NCBI GenBank assembly: GCA_034439715.1
Contig: JAWXAY010000070.1
Coordinates: 15,581-79,580 of the forward strand
DNA: 64,000 nucleotides
Reading direction: 5' to 3'
Source of the DNA: Pseudomonadota bacterium
GTDB taxonomy: Bacteria > Bdellovibrionota > Bdellovibrionia > Bdellovibrionales > SG-bin7
Part shown: one piece after another, positions 1-10,330 of the stretch
Position numbering within the stretch: position 1 is the stretch's first letter
Layout of the letters: the number at the start of each line of letters is the position of its first letter
The notes under the pieces: model-generated
Database searches by the model: none
What the model was told of the DNA's origin: nothing
The model's input: only the letters and a program-made list of their open reading frames with translations
Program-made: the position numbers and the translations under genes

Positions 1-375
1 AAAACCAACGTTAAGTTCCGTCAGGTTTTGCGTGGTACTAAATTTTATACCAGAGAAATCGTTATTAGGAACCATCCCCGCGCGGTAATCCGAAAAAGTA
101 TAGACGTTCCAGTCACCTGAAGGGCTAACATTTACCTCTGAATATTCTTTTTTTCCAACTTCGGCGACAAAAAGCTCAAAACAGGTTGTTTCCCAAAGCC
201 TGTTCATTCTCTGGGGTTGAGCTTTAGTGTCAGGAATAAAAAGATTTTCGAGGTCTCCGCTAACTCGGTACTGAACGTCGATTGTTTTATGTACAATCTT
301 TAAATCACATACGACAGTAAAGTCAGAGTTGGGAGTAAATGGCTTGAGTTCGATGGTGAGTTCAAGTTTAGTCAT
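1..375 (-). CDS. DOMON-like domain protein (partial, runs off the left edge; not in the ORF track)
   Basis: Manual minus-strand translation from ATG at 375: MTKLELTIELKPF...LWETTCFELFVAEVGKKEYSEVNVSPSGDWNVYTFSDYR..., open to position 1. The LWxxTCFExF / ExNxSPSGxWNxYxFxxYR pattern is typical of small DOMON-like proteins. Confidence 0.75.
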   Translation of the reverse strand, partial: MTKLELTIELKPFTPNSDFTVVCDLKIVHKTIDVQYRVSGDLENLFIPDTKAQPQRMNRLWETTCFELFVAEVGKKEYSEVNVSPSGDWNVYTFSDYRAGMVPNNDFSGIKFSTTQNLTELNVGF

Positions 376-382
376 AGTTTCG

Positions 383-411
383 TAGACAGCCCAGTTTCTC
401 CAAAGTATACT
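383..411 (+). promoter_or_regulatory. sigma-70-type promoter for ddl-ftsQAZ
   Basis: TAGACA (383-388), 17-nt spacer, TATACT (406-411), upstream of ddl. Confidence 0.6.
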
Positions 412-432
412 TAACAAAAAGCGAGATAGCCT

Positions 433-1377
433 ATGAAAAAAGTCGAAAAAAAAATGATAAAAAAAGTGGCCGTTCTTGTTGGGGGTATGGGTGCTGAGAG
501 GGAAGTCAGCATTAATACCGGCAATTCTTTTATAAAAGCTCTTAAGGAGCTCCCTTACGAGTATTTTGTAGTCGACGCCAAAGAAGATCTGCCTCGACAA
601 CTTATGGACCTTCGTCCAGATGTGGCGCTTCTGGCACTTCATGGAAAATACGCAGAAGACGGAACAGTTCAGGGAATTTGTGAGTATTTAAAAATTCCCT
701 ATACGGGCTCAGGGGTACTTGCCAGCGCACTGACCATGCATAAAATTATGTGTAAGGATTTATTTGTGCGCCACAAAATTCCCACGGCAGAATATGAAGC
801 GCATGATTTAAAACGCACCGAAGCGCAAGAGATTAAAACAAAAATTACACTTCCGCTTGTGGTAAAACCCTCGCGTGAGGGCTCGAGCGTTGGAATCACG
901 ATTTGTACAGAGAAAAGTCAGATCTTGCCGGCAATAAAATGTGCCGGAGAGTATGATCACTTGATTCTCATTGAAAAATTTATTGACGGTATGGAACTCA
1001 CGGTTCCTATTTTTCGCGGTAAAGCCATTGCGCCGATTGAGATTGTTCCGAAAACAAGTTTTTATGATTACACAAGAAAGTATACCAAAGGTGCCACCGA
1101 ATATTTTTTGCCGCCGCGCTTAGATGAGAAAGTTGTCAATCAGGCGAAAGAGATAGCACTAAAAGTTTTTGAATTACTGGAGCTCAGATTTTATTCGAGA
1201 ATTGATTTTCGCGTTAGGGATAACAAAGAGCCCTTAGTTTTAGAGGTAAATCCATTGCCCGGTTGTACGGAAACTTCGCTCGTTCCCAAATCAGCGGCTT
1301 TCGAAAACATATCTTTTAAAGAGTTCGTTAACCAATTAGTGGAGTCTGCAACGCTAGATTATGAAGGCCTTAAATAA
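433..1377 (+). CDS. ddl: D-alanine--D-alanine ligase
   Basis: GGxxxEREVS, LHGKYAEDG, VVKPSREGSSVG, FYDYTRKY, LEVNPLPG motifs; upstream of ftsQ. Confidence 0.97.
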   Translation: MKKVEKKMIKKVAVLVGGMGAEREVSINTGNSFIKALKELPYEYFVVDAKEDLPRQLMDLRPDVALLALHGKYAEDGTVQGICEYLKIPYTGSGVLASALTMHKIMCKDLFVRHKIPTAEYEAHDLKRTEAQEIKTKITLPLVVKPSREGSSVGITICTEKSQILPAIKCAGEYDHLILIEKFIDGMELTVPIFRGKAIAPIEIVPKTSFYDYTRKYTKGATEYFLPPRLDEKVVNQAKEIALKVFELLELRFYSRIDFRVRDNKEPLVLEVNPLPGCTETSLVPKSAAFENISFKEFVNQLVESATLDYEGLK

Positions 1378-2113
1378 AGTAAAATTTCCTATTCAGGCTT
1401 TAGTGGTGGTGGCTCTAACGCTGGCCTTTGGTACATTTATTGTTTGGGGGCTACACTCACCCCACTTTGGAATTTCTAAGATCCAGATAAATTCGCTTAA
1501 TCAAGAGACCCAGGCATATTTTTCTTATTTCAAAAAAGAGGTTGAGGCTGACCTGTTGCCTTTTCAAAAACAACTTTTATGGCAAATAAATATTCGAGAT
1601 ATTATGGTAAAAATAAAAAAGGAACCATGGGTGCAGGAAGCGCGCGTGCGGCGGGTATTTCCGAATAAATTAGAAATTGATTTGGGTCTACAAGAAGTGG
1701 AGTTAGTTTTTATTAGTGATCGTGGCGATAGATATCCTATTTCTAGTGAGGGAAATCTTCTGCCAAAAATAAGCGAAAAGTTATTGCCAGATGTACCGCT
1801 ACTCCGTGGTCGTAAGTTTTTAGATGATGCTGGATTGAGAGAGGACGCCCTCCTTTTGTCCAGTCAGTTGCCATTGACAGGCCCATTAAGTCGACCGTTA
1901 CTCTCAGAAATTTACTTCAATCCTAAACTTGGTTTTGAACTTTTGTTGAGTGAGTCAAGTTTTCGCGTAATACTTGGGCAAGACAATTACGAACTTAAAT
2001 TGAAACGGGTGGCAAAAGTGATCGAATATTTAAATGCCAAGAACATACAAGGCCGCGTCATCGACGCTCGCTACGAAAAAAAAATCCTTGTCAGACTGCG
2101 TAAGGGCACTTAG
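1361..2113 (+). CDS. ftsQ: Cell division protein FtsQ/DivIB
   Basis: N-terminal TM helix, POTRA-like PWVQEARVRRVFPNKLEI, C-terminal IDARY; lies between ddl and ftsA. Confidence 0.88.
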   Translation: MKALNKVKFPIQALVVVALTLAFGTFIVWGLHSPHFGISKIQINSLNQETQAYFSYFKKEVEADLLPFQKQLLWQINIRDIMVKIKKEPWVQEARVRRVFPNKLEIDLGLQEVELVFISDRGDRYPISSEGNLLPKISEKLLPDVPLLRGRKFLDDAGLREDALLLSSQLPLTGPLSRPLLSEIYFNPKLGFELLLSESSFRVILGQDNYELKLKRVAKVIEYLNAKNIQGRVIDARYEKKILVRLRKGT

Positions 2114-2173
2114 GCTAGGTGTTGGTTACAGGTTTTTGGTCGCGGATGACCGAATAAAAATTTAGGGGCATGG

Positions 2174-3427
2174 ATGTCTAAGCCTATTAATAGTCAAGCG
2201 AGGCTAGTTGCTGGCCTCGACATTGGTTCCTCAAAAATCGTTTTTCTTATTGGTACCCCTGGTGCACATGGCGAAATAGATGTTATCGGAATAGGCAATC
2301 AGCCAAGCCCGGGTATGCGTCACGGGGTTTTGATAAATATAGACCTGACGGCTGAAGCCATAGCAAAAGCTAAAGAAGAAGCCGAGCTCATGGCGGGTCA
2401 CAAAGTGGATGAAGTTTGGGTAGCTGTCAGTGGTACTCACGTTCGCTCTTTTGATTCTAAGGGAATGGTCGCCATTCGTAACAAAGAAGTTAATCAAGAA
2501 GATATTTTGCGAGTCATAGAGGCCGCTAAAGCGGTGGCCGTACCGGCAGATCGCGAAGTATTACATGTGTTACCTCGTGAATTTAAAATCGATGAGCAAG
2601 AAGGAATTTCAGATCCCATAGGTATGTCAGGCGTGCGTCTTGAAGCCTTAGTTCATATTGTAACGGCTGGTCAGACGGCACTGTTGAATACAGTAAAGGC
2701 CACGCAAAAAGCTGGCTTAAAAGTTAAGGGATTAGTTTTGGGTCAGTTAGCCTCTTCGCTAAGTGTTTTAAGTCAGGATGAAAAAAATCTAGGCGTAGCC
2801 GTTGTTGATATGGGCGGAGGCACTAGTGATCTTATAATTTATGTTCATGGCAGTGTGGCCTATACTTCAATTTTGCCGATTGGTGGGCAGTATTTTACTC
2901 ACGATGTGGCGGTGGGTTTAAGAACTCCACAAGACTCTGCTGAAGAAGTAAAAAAGAAATATGGTTCATCGCTACTCCGTCTCATTACTGAGGAAGAAAC
3001 TGTTGAAGTAAAAAGTGTTGGTGGTCGCGAAAATCGTATGGTCCTTAGAAAAAATCTGTGCGAAATCTTAGAGCCTCGTGCGGAAGAAACTTTAAATTTA
3101 ATTCAGAACGAAATCACTAAAAGTGGCCTCATCGTTCATCTGGGTTCGGGTGTGGTAATGACAGGCGGAGCAAGTTTGCTTGATGGTCTTGTCGAAATGG
3201 GCGAATTTATTTTTGATATTCCTGTGCGCCGGGCAAATCCGGCCAATGTCGGAGGTCTAACGGATGTGGTGAAGTCACCTATGTTCGCCACGGCTGTGGG
3301 ATTATTATTGTATGGAATTAAAGAAGAAAATTTAAATCAAGGAATAATTAGCAAGGATTTTAAAATTCCAGCTGTAGTGGCTGACTGGGCTCGTCGGCTA
3401 CGCGATATGGTAACGCAAGGATTATAA
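2174..3427 (+). CDS. ftsA: Cell division protein FtsA
   Basis: [27 protein letters not shown] actin-fold motifs; C-terminal amphipathic helix. Confidence 0.98.
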   Translation: MSKPINSQARLVAGLDIGSSKIVFLIGTPGAHGEIDVIGIGNQPSPGMRHGVLINIDLTAEAIAKAKEEAELMAGHKVDEVWVAVSGTHVRSFDSKGMVAIRNKEVNQEDILRVIEAAKAVAVPADREVLHVLPREFKIDEQEGISDPIGMSGVRLEALVHIVTAGQTALLNTVKATQKAGLKVKGLVLGQLASSLSVLSQDEKNLGVAVVDMGGGTSDLIIYVHGSVAYTSILPIGGQYFTHDVAVGLRTPQDSAEEVKKKYGSSLLRLITEEETVEVKSVGGRENRMVLRKNLCEILEPRAEETLNLIQNEITKSGLIVHLGSGVVMTGGASLLDGLVEMGEFIFDIPVRRANPANVGGLTDVVKSPMFATAVGLLLYGIKEENLNQGIISKDFKIPAVVADWARRLRDMVTQGL

Positions 3428-3443
3428 GCCAAGGAGGAGACGC

Positions 3444-4877
3444 ATGTTCGAATTAGAAGAAAACATAAATATAGGTGCCAACATTAAAGTAATTGGCGTT
3501 GGTGGAGGCGGCAGTAACGCCATCGCTACTATGATCGAAGAAGGCTTAAGTGGTGTAGAATTCATAGTTGGCAACACTGACATGCAGGCGCTTCAGGCGC
3601 ATCCTGCCGCTAGCAAATTACAACTTGGTTCTGAGTTAACAAAAGGCCTAGGAGCTGGTGCTAATCCAGAAATCGGCAAACGCGCAGCCATTGAGTCATA
3701 TAACGATATCGTGGAGTCCCTTGAAGGTGCTGATATGGTTTTTATCACGGCCGGGATGGGCGGCGGAACAGGAACGGGTGGCGCACCGATCGTTGCAAAA
3801 ATCGCTCGTGAACTGGGAGCCTTAACAATAGGTGTAGTGACACGTCCCTTTGTGTTTGAAGGTAAAAAACGCATGCGCCAAGCGGATGCAGGAATTGCCG
3901 AACTTCGAGAGAATGTTGACACTCTAATTGTGATTCCCAATCAAAAACTTCTTACAATTTCCGCTGAAAAAACTCCACTTCTTGAAAGTTTTAAGCGTGC
4001 AGATGCCGTATTGTTACAGGCTGTTAAAGGTATTTCTGATCTCATTAATATTCGTGGTCTCATCAATCTCGATTTTGCTGATATTCGCACTGTTATGATG
4101 TCTAAGGGAATGGCCATTATGGGCTGCGGAACCGCAACCGGCGAAAATCGGGCTGTTGAAGCCGCAACCGCGGCCGTCTCCTCGCCGCTTCTTGAGAATA
4201 TTGCGATCGACGGGGCTACCGGAATTATTATCAATGTAACGGGGCCTGAAAATTTAAGCCTTTGGGAAGTTAACGAAGCTTCGACTCTCATTACTGAAGC
4301 CGCTCATGAGGATGCCGAGATCATTTTTGGTGCCGTCATTGACAAGGATATGGACCCCAAAGAGGTGCGCGTAACCGTTATTGCAACAGGTTTTGGAAAT
4401 GCTTTTACACAAGCTTCGATCAGAGAACACATGGCTCGGGCACAAAATATCGTTCATACACATACTCAGAATCTTATGGCCGAAATACACACGCCCAATC
4501 TTGACTATATAATGAAGAGCCAAGATTTAGGCGCCCCGATTGCGCCTCAGTCGGAGCCCTACAGATCACCTGAGATTCCGAGGCCGCAGCACCAAATTGC
4601 ACCGCAAACCCCCCCGGTTGCTGTACCTTCATCCAAAGACGATTTATTGCCGCGGGATATTTTGCTCGCTAAAGCTCGAGCATATCGTGATCAAGCTGGC
4701 AGGAAGCCAGTGAATCAGGAACAACTGTCAATGGATGTTTCAGCTCAAGAAGGCCCAAGTGCATTTGGAAACTTTAATTCAGAAAGTACTAACTCGCCGT
4801 TTGAAAACTATAATCTAGAAGTACCGGCCTACATTCGACGCAAACAGAGTATGGACAACTCTGACTCCAGCATCTAA
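3444..4877 (+). CDS. ftsZ: Cell division protein FtsZ
   Basis: GGGTGTG tubulin signature, NLDFAD, C-terminal LEVPAYIRR peptide after a long linker; AGGAGG RBS. Confidence 0.99.
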   Translation: MFELEENINIGANIKVIGVGGGGSNAIATMIEEGLSGVEFIVGNTDMQALQAHPAASKLQLGSELTKGLGAGANPEIGKRAAIESYNDIVESLEGADMVFITAGMGGGTGTGGAPIVAKIARELGALTIGVVTRPFVFEGKKRMRQADAGIAELRENVDTLIVIPNQKLLTISAEKTPLLESFKRADAVLLQAVKGISDLINIRGLINLDFADIRTVMMSKGMAIMGCGTATGENRAVEAATAAVSSPLLENIAIDGATGIIINVTGPENLSLWEVNEASTLITEAAHEDAEIIFGAVIDKDMDPKEVRVTVIATGFGNAFTQASIREHMARAQNIVHTHTQNLMAEIHTPNLDYIMKSQDLGAPIAPQSEPYRSPEIPRPQHQIAPQTPPVAVPSSKDDLLPRDILLAKARAYRDQAGRKPVNQEQLSMDVSAQEGPSAFGNFNSESTNSPFENYNLEVPAYIRRKQSMDNSDSSI

Positions 4878-4890
4878 AAGTTAAACCTAG

Positions 4891-5628
4891 ATGCTGGCTT
4901 ATTTTGTCTCAGATATTCACTTACGGTCGATTCAGGAAGTTAAGGCCCGGCATTTCGTACATCTTTTAAAATCAATTCAAGAAAAAGATGGTGCGACCCA
5001 TCTTTTTCTGGTCGGCGATATATTTGACCTCTGGCTAAGCGACTACAAATTTTTTCTCGACAAATGGGAACCGATCATAAAAGAAATTCAGCGAATTACC
5101 AAAGAGGGGATCGAGGTCCACTATTTTGAAGGTAATCACGATTTGTACCTCAGAAAATACTGGGGCGATCGGCTTGGCGTAAAAACTTATAAAGAGCACG
5201 CTGTATTTAAATTAGGGCCCCATAAAGTTCGCGTTGAGCATGGCGATCTTATAGATCCCCAAGACAAAGGTTATCTATTTTTGCGTAAAATGCTGCGGAC
5301 TGAGACTATGCAGTTTTTAGTCGAACACACGCCTGAAAACTGGATGACAGGTTTGGGTGAGAAAGCCAGTCGCACCAGTCGACTTTATACCTCGTCAGTC
5401 AAAACGGCAACCGTGGCAGAGACGATAGACAAAATTAGAACCTATGCTCACAAAAAAGTAAGAGAAACTGAATTTGACTACATTATCACCGGTCACGTGC
5501 ATGTGCGTGACGAGTACGGCTTTGTTTGGGGTGGTAAAAAAATTCAGTCAATAAATTTGGGTTCCTGGTTTGAGGAGCCCATGGCTTTAAAGTTAAGTGA
5601 CGAAGGCTATAGTTTTATTAAGCCTTAG
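4891..5628 (+). CDS. lpxH: UDP-2,3-diacylglucosamine hydrolase (metallophosphoesterase)
   Basis: SDIHL, GDIFD, GNHD, HGD, GHVH, NLGSW motifs. Confidence 0.8.
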   Translation: MLAYFVSDIHLRSIQEVKARHFVHLLKSIQEKDGATHLFLVGDIFDLWLSDYKFFLDKWEPIIKEIQRITKEGIEVHYFEGNHDLYLRKYWGDRLGVKTYKEHAVFKLGPHKVRVEHGDLIDPQDKGYLFLRKMLRTETMQFLVEHTPENWMTGLGEKASRTSRLYTSSVKTATVAETIDKIRTYAHKKVRETEFDYIITGHVHVRDEYGFVWGGKKIQSINLGSWFEEPMALKLSDEGYSFIKP

Positions 5629-5658
5629 GGCGCAGGCGGTTCCTCACTCGTCCCAGTC

Positions 5659-7587
5659 TTAAGAAGATTTTTTCTTAAAGAGACCACTGAAAACGTCGCG
5701 GAGGTCAGCTTTAAGAATTCCTTTAGCTAGCGAGGTATTGGATTTTTCTAAATTTAAAACCCGCTGTTCCCTTTGAGCGGCAATGAAGTCTGATTTAGCG
5801 GCGACAGCCTTGTCAATAAAGCTCGCAGCATTCGCCTTATTACCTAGGTAATTTTGAATGAGGCCCTTAACCAGGAGATAAACCGCATCGCTGCGTAGTT
5901 CCATTGGCATTGCGTCAGTGACCGATACTAATTCAGCAATGTTGATTGATCCCTGTTTATTCTCTCCTAGTTTTAAAGTCGCCCACATACGCAAGAGAGC
6001 TACCTTTGGCATTTTCGTTTCTAAACCTCGTATTCCATCGAGACTTTCAATTGCACTTTGAAACTGATTATTATTTACCATCCGAAATGAGCTCTCATAC
6101 ACAGTTTCTGCGTCTAAAATGGACTGTGCATTACCTTGTTCCAGTTCACGAAGATAATCGCGCTTTGTTCCATCTTTAATTAAAACATTAAATGCCGACT
6201 GCACCTTATCAAATATTTTACGAGTTAATTCCACAATCTCTTTAGGTAGATCATGGGCCTGTTTATCCGGGTGAAACACCTTTACTAGTTCGTGATAGGA
6301 TTTTTTGATTTCCGATTCCGGTGCATTATTACTAACGTTGAGAATTTGAAAATAATTTTTTTTCTCAAAATCCGCCAGAGTTTTCTTAAGACGGCTCTTA
6401 AGCCTCACGATGTCGTTAACTCCTCGCTCACCGTAGGCAATGACGCGATTAATAGCGAGGTAATGGGCCGCCGCCAGAAAGTCATGTTCATTAAAATTGC
6501 TGTCGGTTAACAGCCAGTCCAAACTTTTGTTGGAAACAAACAACTTATCCAGATTGGGGACACGTTGAAATAAAGGGTGCTCTTGTATTTCGACAAGCTT
6601 TTCATATAACGGTCCCTTAATGACAACTTGATCCATCCAGCGCACATAAAATGCTTTAAGCCATGGTGAAGGAATATGAGACCAGCACCAAGTCATTAGT
6701 AATTCTCGAAATTGAATTAAATTTAATCCCCGATCCGTAGGAAGATCGGGTGTTATATCAAAATTAATAGTGTAGGTGGTATCTTTAAGTAGATAGGTAA
6801 GTTGAGCCGTTAAAGCCGCCAACTGCAATTCTTTAGCAGCATGCGGACTAATAAGGTTTTGCCGTACCAAGTATTGTTCAATCTTCTCACCTGGGTTTAA
6901 ATTTTCTGTAGAAAAATTTGGAGGTAAATAGCCAAACTCCTCAGCTAAGCGACAAAAGGTTTTTTCGAGGTCACTGCCGTCTTCAACGCTAACAATCTCA
7001 TCGTTGTTAAAATAAATGTTTACAATCTGATTTTCGGGAGAGGTAACAGTCAGTTTTCCTGGTAGCCCCCCTTGCATTACAAACCCCAATAGAATAGCCA
7101 ATTCATATCCGTGGCATGACGAAGTCATATCAACAGCCTTTAGTATATCGCCTGTCTCCGCATCGGGCTGCCAAAAAATTCTAAATAATGGAGGGCGACT
7201 TAGAATTGACCGGTCCTCATTCTGAGATTCAATTAAATATATGATCTCATCAACTAAAAAAGGTTTTACAAAAAAATCAGTGGAACCCGTACGCGCCATG
7301 GCCTCACGAATAAAAACTTTATCTTTAAAGACACCGCTCATTAAAAAAAGTGGAGCATCTGTTAAATTTTGATCTTTAATTTTAGCCGCACAGTCAACGC
7401 CCTTTTCTCCTGGCAAAAAGCAATCAATGATAACGGCTCTAAAGGGTTCTAATTTTAATTTTTGATAGGCAGTCTCGGCTCGATTGCATATTACCGGCTC
7501 AAAGCCCTTTGCCTCGAGGCCACGACCAATCGCATTTGCTAATGTAGAGTCATCTTCAATAATTAATATTTTCTTTTCCTGAGCCAT
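5659..7587 (-). CDS. Response regulator with central DUF4388-like region, J-domain and TPR-like C-terminus
   Basis: Intact REC (IEDD, IIDCFLP, MSG, KP) starts at ATG 7587, preferred over 7683; J-domain NYFQILNV...IKKSYHELVKVFHPDK. Confidence 0.82.
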   Translation of the reverse strand: MAQEKKILIIEDDSTLANAIGRGLEAKGFEPVICNRAETAYQKLKLEPFRAVIIDCFLPGEKGVDCAAKIKDQNLTDAPLFLMSGVFKDKVFIREAMARTGSTDFFVKPFLVDEIIYLIESQNEDRSILSRPPLFRIFWQPDAETGDILKAVDMTSSCHGYELAILLGFVMQGGLPGKLTVTSPENQIVNIYFNNDEIVSVEDGSDLEKTFCRLAEEFGYLPPNFSTENLNPGEKIEQYLVRQNLISPHAAKELQLAALTAQLTYLLKDTTYTINFDITPDLPTDRGLNLIQFRELLMTWCWSHIPSPWLKAFYVRWMDQVVIKGPLYEKLVEIQEHPLFQRVPNLDKLFVSNKSLDWLLTDSNFNEHDFLAAAHYLAINRVIAYGERGVNDIVRLKSRLKKTLADFEKKNYFQILNVSNNAPESEIKKSYHELVKVFHPDKQAHDLPKEIVELTRKIFDKVQSAFNVLIKDGTKRDYLRELEQGNAQSILDAETVYESSFRMVNNNQFQSAIESLDGIRGLETKMPKVALLRMWATLKLGENKQGSINIAELVSVTDAMPMELRSDAVYLLVKGLIQNYLGNKANAASFIDKAVAAKSDFIAAQREQRVLNLEKSNTSLAKGILKADLRDVFSGLFKKKSS

Positions 7588-7594
7588 TAGAAGC

Positions 7595-7621
7595 TTTTCG
7601 GATAGGTAGGATAAAAATTTA
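7595..7621 (-). promoter_or_regulatory. sigma-28-like promoter, probably giving a leaderless mRNA for the REC-J-domain gene
   Basis: Minus strand TAAA-N15-TCCGAAAA ending 7 nt before ATG 7587; no Shine-Dalgarno. Confidence 0.55.
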
Positions 7622-7724
7622 ATGAATCGAGACCAAGGGTAAGCTAATCGAAAGGCTGGACCTAGGTGCAGGCGCTCCCCCACCTAGGCATAGGAGTCTT
7701 GCTATAGAATAATAGTCGAATAAT

Positions 7725-7751
7725 TAAAGAAAAAATCGGTGGCACCGATAA
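7725..7751 (+). promoter_or_regulatory. sigma-28 (FliA) promoter of the chemosensory operon
   Basis: TAAA (7725-7728), N15, ACCGATAA (7744-7751); consensus is TAAA-N15-GCCGATAA. Confidence 0.75.
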
Positions 7752-7824
7752 TTTATTTAGGTTTCGTCATCTGATTGTATTTGTTTTGTTCTGAATTAAT
7801 TAGCGAAACAAAAAGGGGAAGCAA

Positions 7825-9849
7825 ATGTTTAAGAGTTTTAAGGGCAGACTAATCGGCTTAATTGTTTTTATTATGTTTACGACGGGCGTGGTAAACTTTA
7901 TGCAATTTAAGCATGCCCTTAACGGGCAAAGCGAAGATATATTAAAGAGTTTCAATATTCACTCAGAGGCCATTGCCAACGCTATTGCAGCGCAGTTTTA
8001 TGAGCGATATGGCGACGTACAAGCATTTGCGCGTAATGACGGATTACTAAACCTCGATTCTAGTAATATAGAGGGTATTTTTAACGAATACGCAAAACTT
8101 TACGGAATATATGACGTCATTTTACTCGTAGACCTACAAGGAAAGTACATCGCCAGCAATACAATATTACCTGATGCGAGCCCGTTAGACTCAGGCCCCC
8201 TTAAAACCATGAATTTTTCTAATGAACCCTGGTTTAGGTCCGTTCTTAATGGCCAATTTACCGAAGAGCCAGCTAAGGCGCTAACTGGTACCTACGTTGA
8301 AGATGCGCATGTCGACCCCATTACAACAGCAGTACTAAAAAAAGAACAGTTCGGGAACAGCTTCACGGCGATTTTTAAAGATAAACAAGGTAAACCACTC
8401 GGTATAATTACCAACCGCGCTAACTTTAAGTGGGTTGAACTTGAAGCTCAGATTTCCTACCGTGCCTTAAAGGCTCGCGGTCTAGCAACGGCGGAGGTTA
8501 CCGTAATTAGTAAAGACGGTTCAGTAATAGTCGATTACGATCCCACAGTTAGAAATGGTAACGTCGACGTTCAACACGACTTTGCTGTTCTCAACAAATT
8601 AAACCTGGCGGAGAAAGGTCTTGATGCTGCTAAACAACTAGTTGCCGGAAAATCGGGTTCTCAACTTGCCAAACATATTCGTAAAGGAGTTAACCAAATT
8701 GTTGGTTTTAGCAAAATAGAATCACCGAAAATGTTAAGCTCCATGGGTTGGGGCACGATGGTGAGAGTCGATGCCGATGAGGTTTTTTCAGTTATTAATA
8801 ATTCTCAAAGGCTATTTTATCTAATCTCAGCTGTAATGTTCGTATTATTTGGACTTTTAGTGTGGTTACTTTCAAGCAAGATCGCAGCACAAATCGGCGG
8901 CATAACCCATAAGATTTCGGAAGCTGGTTTAAAAGTTTCTTCTGCCGGTTCTCAGTTGTCGATGGCGAGCCAACAAGTTTCCTCGGGATCTTCAGAGGCC
9001 GCTGCAAGTCTTGAAGAAACAGTATCTTCTATTGAAGAACTTTCAAGTATGGTGAAGCTCAATGCCGACAATGCAAAACAAGCCAAGGCACTCTCTCAGA
9101 CAAGCACTAAATCAGCTGAAGAGGGCGAAACTGAAATTCGTGGATTAATTACTTCTATGAAAGAGATTGCAAAAAGCTCAAAGAAAATCGAAGAGATTAT
9201 CAACGTGATTGATGATATCGCCTTTCAAACAAATCTTCTTGCCCTTAACGCAGCTGTAGAAGCGGCGCGGGCCGGAGAGCAAGGCAAAGGTTTTGCGGTA
9301 GTTGCAGAAGCCGTGAGAAACCTCGCCCAAAGAAGTGCATCCGCTGCCAAAGACATTACGTCATTAATTAAGGATAGTGTTTCGCAAATTGATCAGGGCA
9401 CAAAGGTGGCAGACGCCAGCGGCAATGTTTTGAAAAATATTGTTACCTCAGTTAAGAAAGTTTCTGATCTTAATAACGAAATTGCATCTGCAAGCGCTGA
9501 ACAGGCCAACGGAATTAGTCAAATTACTAAGGCGATGAATGAACTTGATCGCTCCACTCAGCAGAACGCATCGGCGTCGGAGGAAGTGGCAGGAGCGGCC
9601 ACGCAAATGTCGAGTCAGGCCGACACTTTGAAAACGCTAGTGAGTGATTTAACAATAGTTATTGAGGGTGTCGCATCCAGGACGGTAATTAAGGAAGAAC
9701 CGAAGGCTTCGCCACCGCGACAGGGTTCAATCACGCCCATAAGCGCTTCACGCAAGCATTCATCAAAACCAAAAAATGAAGAGGTTGAAAAAATGATTCC
9801 CTTTAATGACGAGACAGCCGGAAAACTTGGCACAACAGACGGGTTTTAA
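7825..9849 (+). CDS. Methyl-accepting chemotaxis protein with periplasmic Cache-like domain
   Basis: Two TM helices; hairpin tip IAFQTNLLALNAAVEAARAGEQGKGFAVVAEAVR. Confidence 0.97.
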   Translation: MFKSFKGRLIGLIVFIMFTTGVVNFMQFKHALNGQSEDILKSFNIHSEAIANAIAAQFYERYGDVQAFARNDGLLNLDSSNIEGIFNEYAKLYGIYDVILLVDLQGKYIASNTILPDASPLDSGPLKTMNFSNEPWFRSVLNGQFTEEPAKALTGTYVEDAHVDPITTAVLKKEQFGNSFTAIFKDKQGKPLGIITNRANFKWVELEAQISYRALKARGLATAEVTVISKDGSVIVDYDPTVRNGNVDVQHDFAVLNKLNLAEKGLDAAKQLVAGKSGSQLAKHIRKGVNQIVGFSKIESPKMLSSMGWGTMVRVDADEVFSVINNSQRLFYLISAVMFVLFGLLVWLLSSKIAAQIGGITHKISEAGLKVSSAGSQLSMASQQVSSGSSEAAASLEETVSSIEELSSMVKLNADNAKQAKALSQTSTKSAEEGETEIRGLITSMKEIAKSSKKIEEIINVIDDIAFQTNLLALNAAVEAARAGEQGKGFAVVAEAVRNLAQRSASAAKDITSLIKDSVSQIDQGTKVADASGNVLKNIVTSVKKVSDLNNEIASASAEQANGISQITKAMNELDRSTQQNASASEEVAGAATQMSSQADTLKTLVSDLTIVIEGVASRTVIKEEPKASPPRQGSITPISASRKHSSKPKNEEVEKMIPFNDETAGKLGTTDGF

Positions 9850-9850
9850 T

Positions 9851-10324
9851 ATGAAAATAACAAAGTATTTAACCTTTATTTTAAAAGGACAGCCTTACGG
9901 AGTTCCGATCGGTGCCGTGCGCGAGATTAATCGCGTGACGGAAATCACTCCAGTGCCTCAAACTCCTGCCTTCGTGGCAGGTGTAATAAATCTGCGAGGG
10001 AAAGTGATACCAGTCGTTGATTTGCGGATGAAATTAGGCATGCCCAACACGCAGCAGACTAAACAAACTTGCATTATAGTTATCGAAGGCCAGTCTGAGC
10101 AGGTTGGAATGATCGTGGACTCAGTGAGTGGTGTGGTGGATTTGAGCGAAGATCAAATTGAACCTCGTCCTACAATGGGTAATGAAGACAAACTTAATTA
10201 TGTACTCGGTATGGGCAAGATCGATAACAATGTGGTTATTCTAATTGATATCGTAAAAGCTCTAAATAAGGAAGAGCTGACTAAGATTTATTCAACGATT
10301 GAATCCAGTCAGATAGCAGCGTGA
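9851..10324 (+). CDS. cheW: Chemotaxis coupling protein CheW
   Basis: YLTF...YGVPIGAVREI, GVINLRGKVIPVVDLR, GMIVDSV; start moved to ATG 9851 just after the MCP stop. Confidence 0.95.
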   Translation: MKITKYLTFILKGQPYGVPIGAVREINRVTEITPVPQTPAFVAGVINLRGKVIPVVDLRMKLGMPNTQQTKQTCIIVIEGQSEQVGMIVDSVSGVVDLSEDQIEPRPTMGNEDKLNYVLGMGKIDNNVVILIDIVKALNKEELTKIYSTIESSQIAA

Positions 10325-10330
10325 GCAGGT

